Of a stretch of DNA of 64,000 nucleotides, positions 9,269 to 19,818 are shown piece by piece. This DNA comes from an uncultured Ignavibacterium sp. (GTDB taxonomy: Bacteria > Bacteroidota > Ignavibacteria > Tepidaquicellales > Tepidaquicellaceae), in NCBI GenBank assembly GCA_964452115.1, contig CAYVKY010000001.1, forward strand, positions 5,848-69,847, read 5' to 3'. The first letter of the stretch is position 1, and each line of letters opens with the position of its first letter. The position numbers and the translations under genes were made by a program. Under the pieces are notes generated by a model, which worked only from the letters and a program-made list of their open reading frames with translations, was not told the origin of the DNA and ran no database searches.

Positions 9269-10411
9269 TTAAAAGTTAATAATAAATCCAAATCTCAGTG
9301 TATTTGCAAGCGGATGCTGAGATTCGATAGTGCTAATGTAACTGAAATCAAATCCATAAAGGCTGTATCTGATTCCTGCACCGAGTGTAATATATTTTCT
9401 GTTTCCGTAATCAGGGTCTTCGTAGAAGTAGCCGGCTCTCAAAGCAATGAGCTTCGGTTTGCCGTACCAGTATTCAGCACCGATTGATGACTGGAATGAT
9501 TTTCCAATCTCGCTTATACCGCCTTTGAATGAAGTGAAAAATGCTTCATAGAAAGGATCTACCTTTGTGCCGACTCTGTTTACAAGCAGTTTCGAAAAAT
9601 CGGCAGCGAGTGTCAGGTCATTACCTTCATTCTTGAAAAGTTTATATGCAAGCCCGATTCTGAGCTGAGTCGGAAGCGGGTCAGCCTGTGCTGCATCCAC
9701 GTAAGTAATCTTCGGGCCCATATTTGAAAGGTTTACACCGAACGAAAATTTATCTTTGATAAACTTCGGTCCTTTGGAAAACTTGTACATCAGAGAAAGG
9801 TCAAAGCTCGTTGTCCATGCAGTTCCGCTTCCTTGTTCGTTAGCAACTTTCACGCTGGAAAGATTACTGTAAATAAATCTTGCGGTAACTCCAAGTCCTA
9901 AATCCTGTGAAACCTTTGTGGCATACGCTGCAGCAAAAGCAAATTCATATGCTTTATAATTGCCGATGTTATTACCGAATTCATCAGTCTGAATAATCGT
10001 ACCGATATTCAGATAGGTCAGGTCAACGCCAATAGTTCCATTAATACTTTTTATGTATTTTTTAGCCGCAAGGTAATCGTAGAAAAGGTCAGAGATATTC
10101 AGTCCGGCAAGCCAGGGGAAGTGTGTGAAGTTTATCTCAGTGGTCTTGTCCTGTTGAAAAGCCAAACCGGACGGATTCCAATGCATAGCAGTTGCGTCGT
10201 CGGCGATTGCTGTTCCTGTTTCGCCCATAGCTGCATTGCGTGAATTAGGTCCGATTAGAAGAAACGGTACACCAGTTGTTAATATTGTTTTCGTCTGGTC
10301 CTGTGCGTTAACATTTATTACTGATGTGAAAATGATTAGTATCAGTACCGATAATTTAAAAAAATTAACGGATTTTTTGCTTTTTTTAGTCTGCATTAAA
10401 TATGCCTCCAT
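9269..10411 (-). CDS. porV: Type IX secretion system outer-membrane shuttle protein PorV (LptO)
   Basis: About 380 aa with a signal peptide. PorV-typical N-terminal block GVPFLLIGPNSRNAAMGETGTAIADDATAMHWNPSGLAF, beta-barrel pattern, C-terminal F. Lies immediately downstream of porU, as in Bacteroidota. The start could be MQTKK at 10396. Confidence 0.8.
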   Translation of the reverse strand: MEAYLMQTKKSKKSVNFFKLSVLILIIFTSVINVNAQDQTKTILTTGVPFLLIGPNSRNAAMGETGTAIADDATAMHWNPSGLAFQQDKTTEINFTHFPWLAGLNISDLFYDYLAAKKYIKSINGTIGVDLTYLNIGTIIQTDEFGNNIGNYKAYEFAFAAAYATKVSQDLGLGVTARFIYSNLSSVKVANEQGSGTAWTTSFDLSLMYKFSKGPKFIKDKFSFGVNLSNMGPKITYVDAAQADPLPTQLRIGLAYKLFKNEGNDLTLAADFSKLLVNRVGTKVDPFYEAFFTSFKGGISEIGKSFQSSIGAEYWYGKPKLIALRAGYFYEDPDYGNRKYITLGAGIRYSLYGFDFSYISTIESQHPLANTLRFGFIINF

Positions 10412-10431
10412 TAGGTTTATTATATAAATAT

Positions 10432-13400
10432 TTATTTTAATTTCACTAATTTGTGTACGGAATTATTTGAAAATCTGCCGTCATCAGTTTTTATCAGAAC
10501 AGTGTACAAGTAAACTCCGTTTGCTATTGCATCATTATCCGCATCTCTGCCATCCCAGCTAATTAAAACATTTTTATCTGTTATATTGTTCTGCTGAAGT
10601 TCTTTTATCATTCTGCCTGCAACCGTATAAATTTTAATATCCGCAGAAATAGGGGAATCAAAGTTATGCTGAAACATAAAACTTGTACCGTCTTTAAACG
10701 GATTAGGATAATTGTAAATTTCGCTGACTGCAAGTGCGGTATTGCTTTTGACTATAAAATCTACTGATGCGATGGAGTAGTTATTATAAGTGTCCCATAC
10801 TTTCAGTTTCAGATTATATTTGCCGTCGGTAAGGTCAGAAAGCGGATATTCAAGGCTGCCGTTCTGATATCCCTGTGTTGAAGAGAAATAAGATGTCAGA
10901 TCCAGAGTTTTGCTGACATCGTCATTTATTATTCCTTCGATTTTATGACCGATTGTACCTGTCAGGTTTATTCCGTTTTCATCAAATATATCTGCAATTA
11001 TTTTTGTATTCTGATTTACAATATCGCCGGTTCGGAAATTTCTGCTGTCCATATAAAGTGATATTTGAGGACCGGTTGTGTCCTGAACTGCAGTTGTATC
11101 TATACCGTTTATCGAAAACATATTTGTATAACCTGCACCTTCATTTGCGCCGTCTGTGAAATATGCCTGAATCTTTCCCGGACCTATCTGATAAGATATG
11201 TCTTTCGGAACAACAAATTCAAGTTTCCATCTTCCGTCGGTAACCTGTGTCTTTCCCGAAAATATCACTCCGCCATCCAGAGTGTAAGCAAAAAGATATC
11301 CTAAATCATAAAAGCTTATAAATTTATTTACATCGAATACTTTAATATAAATTGTACCGTTAAAGTTATTCCATAATGTAGAATCGGGAGTCAGAACTCT
11401 TCCTGAAATCTTTACTTTCTGAAGTGCCTTAATCACGGCAGTGTCATTGCTTCCTGAATTGTTTATAGAATCAATTTTTGTAAAGTACTGCGGAATGCTT
11501 ATTCTTAAAGACGGATCTCCGACGAGTATATATTTATCATCATTATCGGAAACTGTACCTATCTGAGCTTTTGTCAGGTAAAATGCTCTGCCTATTCTTA
11601 TAGGTGCATTTGCTGAATCTTTATCGAACATAAAGTTATTCCATAACAATTGATTCAAATTTGCATTAGCACCGCTGTAAACCGGCCTTGATGCTGCTAT
11701 ATCGGCGATTGCACCTTTATCAGGAATAAATACAAGCTGCTCGCCTGCACTGATATTGAACGGATCGTCCCAGCGTGCAAGATCGCAGCTGGCAATAGTG
11801 AGGAAAGGATATTTCCCTTTATTATGTAATTGCGGAATGGATTCCTCCCTTACGAAAATATGTTCGTGTGCCCATAAGTCAGTGCTTCCGTGTCCTACAT
11901 AATTAATTACCAGGCGTCCTTCGTTCCATCCGTTTATGATATCAATGTTCGCCTGAGGTTTTCTTCTCCCTGCAGCTGTCATCACAGTCTGATATGCCGC
12001 AATATAGATTTTTTGTTTTTCAAAAAACTTTGATGTAAATGATTCTGCAATGTATTCGCACTGAGCAGTGTGCTCATTACCGTCGTTACCGCCGTTCGGT
12101 ACCCATCCGTCATCGGCAACATACATATTGTGCGTTTTCCAGATTCCATTATTTGAGGGGGATTCATATTCGATAATTTTATCAATGCAGGTATTGGCTT
12201 CAGATATGCTGTTTACACAAATTCTTCCGATTGAAAAATTCGGTACCACAGGATACGGAGTCTCATAAGTATGAAAAATATTTGCCGCAAAGTCATCAGT
12301 CGGATAACTTGCAATTTCATTGCTCAAAGCGTCAGGACGCTCCATCGGCGGCAGCCAGTTTTTGATAGTAAGATTATAAATATTTTTATAATCGTAACTG
12401 CCGTCCCCGAAGAAAAGCACATATACAGGCCTTTCAGTCCAGTTATAATATGCAAATTTCAGAAAATTTCTGACAGCAAGGGGATCTAACATTCCGTTTG
12501 AAAATTCATTGTAAATCAGGTTGACGTCAACAACCATCGTATTTAGTTTACCTTTGACCTGAGATTCCCTGTAAGCTTTGAGCCTGTTTGCTGCAGGTAT
12601 AAATTCTGTAGGGGAAATAATTACGAAACTTGCTCCGCCGGTAATTGCGTGCAGGTTCTGGTTTGAAATTTTGGATGAAATACCTGCAGGAGATTTATAT
12701 CCGTTATCACCGGCTACGATATACTGTTTCGGATTTCCGCGTTGAACCAGATCCTGAAATCTCATATTTCCGTTTGTATAAGACAGGGGACTTATTATTT
12801 TTACATCGGCATAATTTGTTATGTCGAACACCTTTGCAGATGCCGAGCTAAAAGTCGAAGCGTTGAATTCCAATGTTGTCCCTGCAGCATATTCATTTGT
12901 ATCCGGAGCAAATATTCTAATGCGGTTATCCTGTACGCTGGAAAGCGACCGCATGTAATGAATTTCATAAGAGTCGTAATTTCCCTGAACAGTGCTCGAG
13001 TTGTAAGAAGACGGAAGCCTTACTTTTAAAGCAGATGATGTTGCCCCGTAAGTCAACGGATATGTTTCATCGACTTCGTAAGGTGAAAAATTCGAGAAAT
13101 TATTTAAATCATTTCCGACTACGCTATACAATTTATAAAGATTCGAATTATCGTCTTTAATCTCAAAAGTAGCCAGCGTACCTGATGAATTTCCGATTTT
13201 TAATCTAAGGCTTAAGTCGGTTCCCTGAACATACCCCGGTAAACTGTTATTAAAAATAAATGATTCATTGTACCCGATTTTCTGGCTCAGCCAGAGAGTT
13301 CCTGTAGAACCAAGATTCAGAATTTCCGCTTTGCTGAATATTCTGTCTTTAAAATCGTTTAATATAACCGCACCCGAATTGTTAAGAGAGTTTACGGTTG

Positions 13401-14577
13401 ACATTCTGCTTCCTGCAGCTCCGTTAAACGTAATCCAGTAATAATTTGAATTAGAATAGATGTTGTTTCTAAGTTCATATCTGGCAGCAGCCGAATTGTA
13501 TAACCAGTCTTTTGTACCTACGCCATAAAACAAAAGATAATCAAATTTTCCTGATGCATCTGTAGAAACAAAAATTTTGACTTCATTCATATCGTCCGGC
13601 TGCGGTGTCGAATTGTTGAACGGCAGAGGAAAACCTCCGTAACTGAATAATCTTACGGTCGCGGGATTTATGTTATTAACGTCAATACCTGCCGCCTGCA
13701 GAAATGCCTTATCTACGATATACATTCCTGTTTCCTTGACTTCTATTTTATAAAAGTCGCCGGTTGCCAGAGCGCTGTTAAAAGGTGCTTTGACTTGCGG
13801 AATACCTTTTGTATCAACCGTCCAGTTCAGACCTTCTTTCCAGTTAAGAGCACTGTTTATTAAGAAACTTCTTTCCTCTTTTGAAAGAGCAGATTTCATT
13901 AACACCGGCGATGAACCGAAATTCACTTTAACGCGGATATATTTAATTCTTTTCAGTGTTCTGGTAACCGGATTGTAAATCGCCGGATAAATTTTGATGA
14001 TTCCGGAATTTTTATCCCTTATATAACTCCCTGTTTCAAGATAGGCTGATTTCTCGGGATAAAATTTATTTGTACCGTAAATTTTATCGTCTTTTGTATA
14101 TACAAACTCGGCAAATTTGTCTTTATCTCTGGAAATTGAGGGAACGGGTTTCAGGTCAATATTATTAATTTCCTCATACTTAACATCAACAATTTCGATT
14201 GTATTCTGAAGCCGTGAAGGCAGAAATACAGGAAACGGCCTGTATGCGACTTCAGGCGCACCTGTATGAGAAACGTCTGCGAGAGTATTAATTGTATTAT
14301 TTGAGTTATCAAATGAAGGGAAATATTCTATCTCAATACCTTTCGCATTTGATGAGATAATGTTGTAGTCAATAACATTTTTTAACGGTTCATTGACATT
14401 CTGATTGGCTGAATTATTAACTGACTGCACTTTTTTTGTGTCATCTACAGGCTTTGTAATAGTTTTGCTATCAGTTTTTGAATTATTTCGCTGGTCATTT
14501 TGTGCAAATGAAAAATTACAAATAAACAAAACCGAAAGAATGGCTGTCAATAAAATTTTACCGGTCTGAATCTTCAT
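10432..14577 (-). CDS. porU: Type IX secretion system sortase PorU (C25 gingipain-like cysteine peptidase)
   Basis: 1381 aa with a signal peptide. C25-like His/Cys dyad contexts (INYVGHGSTDLW; FLTIASCDLARWD). Own T9SS CTD (YNYPNPFKDGTSFMFQ...NGVYLYTVLIK...VKLK). Adjacent to porV. Confidence 0.85.
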   Translation of the reverse strand: MKIQTGKILLTAILSVLFICNFSFAQNDQRNNSKTDSKTITKPVDDTKKVQSVNNSANQNVNEPLKNVIDYNIISSNAKGIEIEYFPSFDNSNNTINTLADVSHTGAPEVAYRPFPVFLPSRLQNTIEIVDVKYEEINNIDLKPVPSISRDKDKFAEFVYTKDDKIYGTNKFYPEKSAYLETGSYIRDKNSGIIKIYPAIYNPVTRTLKRIKYIRVKVNFGSSPVLMKSALSKEERSFLINSALNWKEGLNWTVDTKGIPQVKAPFNSALATGDFYKIEVKETGMYIVDKAFLQAAGIDVNNINPATVRLFSYGGFPLPFNNSTPQPDDMNEVKIFVSTDASGKFDYLLFYGVGTKDWLYNSAAARYELRNNIYSNSNYYWITFNGAAGSRMSTVNSLNNSGAVILNDFKDRIFSKAEILNLGSTGTLWLSQKIGYNESFIFNNSLPGYVQGTDLSLRLKIGNSSGTLATFEIKDDNSNLYKLYSVVGNDLNNFSNFSPYEVDETYPLTYGATSSALKVRLPSSYNSSTVQGNYDSYEIHYMRSLSSVQDNRIRIFAPDTNEYAAGTTLEFNASTFSSASAKVFDITNYADVKIISPLSYTNGNMRFQDLVQRGNPKQYIVAGDNGYKSPAGISSKISNQNLHAITGGASFVIISPTEFIPAANRLKAYRESQVKGKLNTMVVDVNLIYNEFSNGMLDPLAVRNFLKFAYYNWTERPVYVLFFGDGSYDYKNIYNLTIKNWLPPMERPDALSNEIASYPTDDFAANIFHTYETPYPVVPNFSIGRICVNSISEANTCIDKIIEYESPSNNGIWKTHNMYVADDGWVPNGGNDGNEHTAQCEYIAESFTSKFFEKQKIYIAAYQTVMTAAGRRKPQANIDIINGWNEGRLVINYVGHGSTDLWAHEHIFVREESIPQLHNKGKYPFLTIASCDLARWDDPFNISAGEQLVFIPDKGAIADIAASRPVYSGANANLNQLLWNNFMFDKDSANAPIRIGRAFYLTKAQIGTVSDNDDKYILVGDPSLRISIPQYFTKIDSINNSGSNDTAVIKALQKVKISGRVLTPDSTLWNNFNGTIYIKVFDVNKFISFYDLGYLFAYTLDGGVIFSGKTQVTDGRWKLEFVVPKDISYQIGPGKIQAYFTDGANEGAGYTNMFSINGIDTTAVQDTTGPQISLYMDSRNFRTGDIVNQNTKIIADIFDENGINLTGTIGHKIEGIINDDVSKTLDLTSYFSSTQGYQNGSLEYPLSDLTDGKYNLKLKVWDTYNNYSIASVDFIVKSNTALAVSEIYNYPNPFKDGTSFMFQHNFDSPISADIKIYTVAGRMIKELQQNNITDKNVLISWDGRDADNDAIANGVYLYTVLIKTDDGRFSNNSVHKLVKLK

Positions 14578-14601
14578 AATATTTTTTTAAACTTTTATTT
14601 T

Positions 14602-14665
14602 AAAAAAAAAATACCATTTATTAAAGTTTTTAACAATTTAATTTAACTACTTTAAAAAATGGTAT
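14602..14665 (-). terminator. Long AT-rich hairpin plus U-tract between rnc and porU (probable rnc terminator)
   Basis: On the minus strand, ATACCATTT...TTAAAGT..ACTTTAA...AAATGGTAT is followed by T10 (plus-strand A-run 14602-14610). It ends only about 25 nt upstream of the porU ATG. Confidence 0.5.
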
Positions 14666-14797
14666 GCGTCAGTTTATATATAATCTAATTAGTTAATAAT
14701 GGTATAGTATGTACTATATTTTCCTTTCGTTTTATTACTTAATAACAAAAATATGGTAGTAATATTAAATTGTCAATGCTTAAATAACAAATAATTA

Positions 14798-15616
14798 TCA
14801 TTTTTTGTTCTTCATTAAACCCATCTTTTCTATGGCTTCAAGATTCTGAAGCGCATTTTTAGCGGCTTCCTGTTCTGCCTGTTTTTTGGATTTGCCTTTT
14901 CCTATACCGAGGCAGTTATCTGCAAGGTGAACTTCCACAGTAAAAAGTTTGTGGTGTTCAGGCCCTTCTTCATTTATAACTTTATATTCTGGTATGTAAT
15001 CAGTATGCGCTTGTGCGAATTCAAGGAATTTGCTCTTATGATTTTCATCGAACTGATTAAGCCACTTGATATCGAGTTTTACAAAAATTTCTTCATTTAT
15101 AAATTTCTTGCCTGCTTCATAACCCGAGTCAAGGAATATCGCTCCTATCAGCGCCTCATAAGCATCTGCAAGAATTGCATCATAACCCTCGCTGATTGAA
15201 CGCAGTGCGGTGTTTGATGCAAGCAGAAATTCCTGAAGCTGAAGATTTTTCGCGCGTTCAGCAAGGAATCTTTTGTTTACAAGAATTGACCGGAATTTCG
15301 TAAGGTCGCCTTCTTCATTGGAAGGGAAGTTCTTAAACAAAAATTCAGCTACTACAAGGTCAAGCACAGCATCACCGAGGAATTCAAGCCTTTCATTTGA
15401 AATCATGCTTTGAGAAGGATTGTCTTTCCTTATCTTCAGTGATGAGCGATGCGTCAGCGCAGTGATGAAATAATTTCTGTCAATTATTTTATAATGTATA
15501 TTTTGCTGAAATTTTTCTAAATCAATGCGTCTTACCGCCCTTGTATAAGATAAATCAGACTTTTCCTCCTTTGTTTTAGGATGGAAAAGTCTGAATTTTT
15601 TTAAAAATTGGAACAT
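14798..15616 (-). CDS. rnc: Ribonuclease III
   Basis: Signature NERLEFLGDAVLDLVV, second catalytic block DAYEALIGAIFLD, C-terminal dsRBD (GKGKSKKQAEQEAAKNAL). Confidence 0.93.
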   Translation of the reverse strand: MFQFLKKFRLFHPKTKEEKSDLSYTRAVRRIDLEKFQQNIHYKIIDRNYFITALTHRSSLKIRKDNPSQSMISNERLEFLGDAVLDLVVAEFLFKNFPSNEEGDLTKFRSILVNKRFLAERAKNLQLQEFLLASNTALRSISEGYDAILADAYEALIGAIFLDSGYEAGKKFINEEIFVKLDIKWLNQFDENHKSKFLEFAQAHTDYIPEYKVINEEGPEHHKLFTVEVHLADNCLGIGKGKSKKQAEQEAAKNALQNLEAIEKMGLMKNKK

Positions 15617-15645
15617 ATGTATTTATATACGTAAACTGTATTGTC

Positions 15646-16890
15646 TCAATCAAGTTTTTTTAATGCTATCGCAGCATTGTGTCCGCCGAATCCTGAGTTA
15701 TCTGAAATCACAACATTAACATCTTTATCAATCGCTGCATTCGGAACGTAGAATAAATCACATTCCGGATCTTTTTCTTCATAATTAATAGTTGGAGGAA
15801 CTTTGCCGTCTCTGATAGTAAGTATTGCAGTTATTGCTTCGATAGCTCCTGCAGCTCCGAGTAAATGTCCAACCATTGACTTGATAGAATGAACGGGAAT
15901 TTTATATGCCCTTTCACCGAAAACTGTTTTAATTGCAGCAGTTTCATTTCTATCATTTGGATATGTGGATGTACCGTGAGCATTAATTACATCAATGTCA
16001 TTTTCCGTAAGTCCTGCATCCTTTATCGTGAGGCGTAAAGCTCTTACGACGCCTTCTCCGCCTTCGGCAGGATCAGTGATGTGATGAGCGTCGGCAGTCA
16101 TACCGAATCCCGCTACTTCACCGTAAATCTTTGCACCGCGTTTTACTGCGTGCTCATATTCTTCAAGGATTAATGTACCTGCCCCTTCACCCATTACAAA
16201 TCCATCTCTGTTCTTGTCAAAAGGTCTCGAAGCTTTTTTCGGATCATCATTACGGGTAGATAACGCATTCATTGCATTGAATCCTCCGACACCCATCGGA
16301 CAGATTACAGCTTCCGAACCGCCTGTTATCATTACATCTGCATAGTTGTGCTGAATCTGCATCGTAGCATCAATGATACTGTGAGCTGATGTGGCACAGG
16401 CAGAAGTAGTTGTATAGTTTGGACCCTTGAATCCGTATTCCATTGACAATCTACCGGGTGTTATATCCGAAATCAGCATTGGAATGAAAAACGGACTAAT
16501 CCTGTCAGGGACTCCGTTTCTGGTTATAAGATTTGTATGCTGCTTATCATAAGTCCACATTCCGCCGATGCCCGAACCGTAAATCACTCCGGCACGTTCT
16601 TTGTCAAATGAGGCGTTCTCAAGGCCTGAATCTTTGTATGCTTCCTGCGTGGCGGCAATTGCATATTGTGTAAATAAATCCGTGCGCTGGGAAAGCTTTC
16701 TATCCATATAATTCATTGCATCGAAATTATTAATTTCAGCTGCAAATTTTGTTTTGAATTCTGACGCGTCGAATTTTTTGATAAAATCTACACCGCTTGT
16801 ACCGTTTAACAGTGCTTTCCAATAGTCAGGTATATTCAATCCAATAGGGGTAATAGCCCCAATACCCGTTACTACTACTCGTCTTTTCAT
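15646..16890 (-). CDS. fabF: 3-oxoacyl-ACP synthase II
   Basis: Active-site Cys context TTSACATSAHSI, His motifs (ADAHHITDP; NAHGTSTYPND), GHLLGAAG, 414 aa. Sits between acpP and rnc. Confidence 0.95.
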   Translation of the reverse strand: MKRRVVVTGIGAITPIGLNIPDYWKALLNGTSGVDFIKKFDASEFKTKFAAEINNFDAMNYMDRKLSQRTDLFTQYAIAATQEAYKDSGLENASFDKERAGVIYGSGIGGMWTYDKQHTNLITRNGVPDRISPFFIPMLISDITPGRLSMEYGFKGPNYTTTSACATSAHSIIDATMQIQHNYADVMITGGSEAVICPMGVGGFNAMNALSTRNDDPKKASRPFDKNRDGFVMGEGAGTLILEEYEHAVKRGAKIYGEVAGFGMTADAHHITDPAEGGEGVVRALRLTIKDAGLTENDIDVINAHGTSTYPNDRNETAAIKTVFGERAYKIPVHSIKSMVGHLLGAAGAIEAITAILTIRDGKVPPTINYEEKDPECDLFYVPNAAIDKDVNVVISDNSGFGGHNAAIALKKLD

Positions 16891-16927
16891 GTATAATATT
16901 TTTTTTGTGAAATATTTCTTTTATATA

Positions 16928-17170
16928 TTAACCTAATTTTTCGTTAATATATCTTGTTGCATCGCCTACAGATGTAATTTTTTCTGCATCTTCATCAGGA
17001 ATTTTAATATCAAATTCTTCTTCGAACTTCATCACGAGCTCTACTGTGTCAAGTGAATCTGCTCCCAGATCATTGATAAAAGATGCTTCAGGAGTGATTT
17101 TGCTTTCTTCTACTCCTAATTTATCAATAATAGCTTTTTTAACTTTTGCTTCAATCTCTTGAGGCGTCAT
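16928..17170 (-). CDS. acpP: Acyl carrier protein
   Basis: 80 aa with the phosphopantetheine attachment motif [14 protein letters not shown]. Confidence 0.95.
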   Translation of the reverse strand: MTPQEIEAKVKKAIIDKLGVEESKITPEASFINDLGADSLDTVELVMKFEEEFDIKIPDEDAEKITSVGDATRYINEKLG

Positions 17171-17274
17171 TTTTTTTAACTCCTTGTTTTAATTAAAAAA
17201 TATTCAGAAATATAATGATATTACTATTTATATAAAAGTGAAATTTAAAATAAAAATTTTTGAACTTTTACAGG

Positions 17275-18336
17275 TCATTTGTTCATTTGAATGTCCTTTT
17301 GCTCAATCTTCTTTTTCAATTCCTGTACCTGCTTTTCCAGTTCATCCAGTTTTTTCTGTTTTTCATCAATATATTCAGGCGTCAGCTTCTTTTCAAATTT
17401 GGGTTTATCCCAGTATCCGAGATCTTCAAAATATCCTTTAAAGAAAAAATTGTGTTTTAGCGCTTCCATATTCTGATAAAATCCGAATGCGCCTTCTTCT
17501 AAATTTTTTGAAGTCGCGTTAATGTGTTCGAGAGACTGCTTTATGTTATTTGCAAAAACTGTGTCAGTAAGCAGTGTGCCGACCAGACTTTCGCTTGAAT
17601 TTATTTTTGCAGTTATCTGTGAAATATTATCGGTTATGATACCTAAACTGTATGCAAGACTGTCAATTCTTAGCGTAACTCCGTCAACCATAACTCCGAC
17701 TCTGTTTATAACCATATTGAGTTTGGATGCGAAACTGTTTATTGAGTAGAACACGGAGTCGAACTTTCTGTAAATTGAAGGATTGTTCAGGAGCTGCCCC
17801 AGCGTGCCGTCTCCTTTGTTTATCTTTTCAGAAATCTCGAAAATCTGCGCCGTAAGTTTTTCCGCATTTACTGAAACTTTGTCAAGATTACTCATTATGG
17901 TCTCCATTTCAACAGGTTCTATAGATGCCATCAGATAGCCGTTGGAAATAGGTTTGGCTTCAATTGAGCCTGCCGAAATCTGAACTACTTTATTGCCGAC
18001 CAGGCCCTCTGAAATGATTGATACCTTTGAATCGGTTTTGATATAAGGAGTTACGGAACTTTTGATTTCAAACGTCAATTCTATTTTTCCGTCCGGTACA
18101 ATGTCGATTCCGGTAACAGTGCCGATGTCTATACCATTGAAAGTAACCTTGCTGCCGTCCATCAGACCTGATACATTTTTGAATATTGTTTTGGCAGTGA
18201 TTGTACTGGAAAAAATATTATTTCTTCCGCCGATAACAAATAAAACAACCGTAAAAATCACAAGGGCTGTAATAACAAAAAATCCCAGTACGGCTTTGCC
18301 GGATTTACTTTTTGTAACCATAATCTGTGAATTCAA
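17275..18336 (-). CDS. mlaD: MlaD/MCE-domain protein of an Mla-type lipid ABC transporter, with a C-terminal coiled coil
   Basis: N-terminal TM helix, MCE domain (VSGLMDGSKVTFNGIDIGTVTGIDI), charged C-terminal coiled coil (KQKKLDELEKQVQELKKKIEQK). Follows mlaE-mlaF. Confidence 0.8.
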   Translation of the reverse strand: MNSQIMVTKSKSGKAVLGFFVITALVIFTVVLFVIGGRNNIFSSTITAKTIFKNVSGLMDGSKVTFNGIDIGTVTGIDIVPDGKIELTFEIKSSVTPYIKTDSKVSIISEGLVGNKVVQISAGSIEAKPISNGYLMASIEPVEMETIMSNLDKVSVNAEKLTAQIFEISEKINKGDGTLGQLLNNPSIYRKFDSVFYSINSFASKLNMVINRVGVMVDGVTLRIDSLAYSLGIITDNISQITAKINSSESLVGTLLTDTVFANNIKQSLEHINATSKNLEEGAFGFYQNMEALKHNFFFKGYFEDLGYWDKPKFEKKLTPEYIDEKQKKLDELEKQVQELKKKIEQKDIQMNK

Positions 18337-19066
18337 AAAATGAATTTATAAATTCGTCATCTGATTTTTCCATTTCTTCAAATGTTCCTTCCGCCGTGTA
18401 AACACCGTCTTTCAGAAATACTAATTTATCCGCAGTGATTTTAGCGCACATTAAATCGTGAGTGACTATCAATGACGTTATTTTATATTTTTCTTTAATA
18501 TCTTTTATCAGAAAACTTATTTCTCTTGTAGTAGCCGGATCGAGCCCCGTAGTCGGTTCATCATAAATCATAATTTCCGGTTCAAGCATCAATGTTCTTG
18601 CAAGTCCTATCCTTTTTTTCATTCCTCCCGAAAGTTCTGACGGCATCTTGTCTATAGCTTCAATCAGGTCAACGTCTCTTAATCTTTTTTCAATTCTATT
18701 ATTAAGTTCATCTTCGGCAAATTCACTGTTATTCCTGAGAACAGGGAATGCAAGATTTTCCCTGACGCTCATTGAATCATAAAGCGCACCGCTCTGAAAA
18801 AGAAACCCGATTCTTGTACGAAGTGAATTCAGTCCGTCATAGTCAAGTGTGCTGATATCTTGTCCGAAAATTTCAATCTTACCTTCATCCGGCGTTAGCA
18901 GTCCGATGAGGCATTGAAGAGCGACAGATTTTCCGGTGCCGGATTTACCAAGTGTAGCTATCGCCTCGCCGCGGCACATCTTCAGGTTAATATCACGCAA
19001 GACAATTTTACCGTTGAATGATTTTTTTAAGTGTTCAATATTTATTATGTAATCCTTATCCATCAA
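18305..19066 (-). CDS. mlaF: Mla-type ABC transporter ATP-binding protein
   Basis: Walker A GKSGTGKS, ABC signature LSGGMKKR, Walker B MIYDEPTTGLD, H-loop VTHD. Confidence 0.88.
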   Translation of the reverse strand: MMDKDYIINIEHLKKSFNGKIVLRDINLKMCRGEAIATLGKSGTGKSVALQCLIGLLTPDEGKIEIFGQDISTLDYDGLNSLRTRIGFLFQSGALYDSMSVRENLAFPVLRNNSEFAEDELNNRIEKRLRDVDLIEAIDKMPSELSGGMKKRIGLARTLMLEPEIMIYDEPTTGLDPATTREISFLIKDIKEKYKITSLIVTHDLMCAKITADKLVFLKDGVYTAEGTFEEMEKSDDEFINSFFEFTDYGYKK

Positions 19067-19818
19067 TAAAAAAATGTTGTTATTTTAACCGCGATAAGGT
19101 CAATAATAATTATGAGCAGCGATGAAAATACTACTGCTTCGTTTGCCGCTCTTCCCACACTTTCCGTACCTCTGCTGCAGTTATATCCCTTGAAGCATCC
19201 GACGATACCAATGGAATAGCCGAATACAAAAGTTTTTAAAAGGCTTGGGAAAACGTCGCTGAACTCAAGCGGATTGAGTGAACTGTTCAGAAACATTTTA
19301 ATGGAAATTGCATTATCAAGTGACATTGCAATATATCCTCCGGCGAGTGAAAGTGTATCAGCATAAATAACCAATATCGGCAGCGTCAATGTTGTAGCCC
19401 AGATTCTTGTTACGGCAAGATATCTGAAAGGTCTTGCAGCGGAAACTTCCATTGCGTCAATCTGTTCAGTAACTTTCATAGAGCCAAGTTCTGCACCGAT
19501 TGCAGAGCTCATTTTGCCTGCGCAAATTAATCCTATAATAACCGGACCGATTTCTCTGAAAATTGATATAGAAAGCAGGGGAGGAATCATTGCTTCGGCT
19601 CCGAACTTTGCAAGTGTCGGCTTTAGCTGAAGTGCCAGTACGAGTCCAAGCACGAACCCGGTAATGCTGACAAGCGGCAGAGACTTGAAACCGAGCAGAT
19701 AACTTTGTCTGAGTGTTTCATTTATATCAATAGGGCGCTTGACGGTTTCAATAAAAAACCTTTTGATAAATAATATCAGCTCCCAGATATTTTCAAAAAA
19801 TATTTTTATCCTAATCAT
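19063..19818 (-). CDS. mlaE: Mla-type ABC transporter permease
   Basis: MlaE block EIGPVIIGLICAGKMSSAIGAELGSMKVTEQIDAME. I prefer the start MIRIK at 19818, which overlaps the upstream stop by 8 nt, over the track start at 19857. Confidence 0.8.
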   Translation of the reverse strand: MIRIKIFFENIWELILFIKRFFIETVKRPIDINETLRQSYLLGFKSLPLVSITGFVLGLVLALQLKPTLAKFGAEAMIPPLLSISIFREIGPVIIGLICAGKMSSAIGAELGSMKVTEQIDAMEVSAARPFRYLAVTRIWATTLTLPILVIYADTLSLAGGYIAMSLDNAISIKMFLNSSLNPLEFSDVFPSLLKTFVFGYSIGIVGCFKGYNCSRGTESVGRAANEAVVFSSLLIIIIDLIAVKITTFFY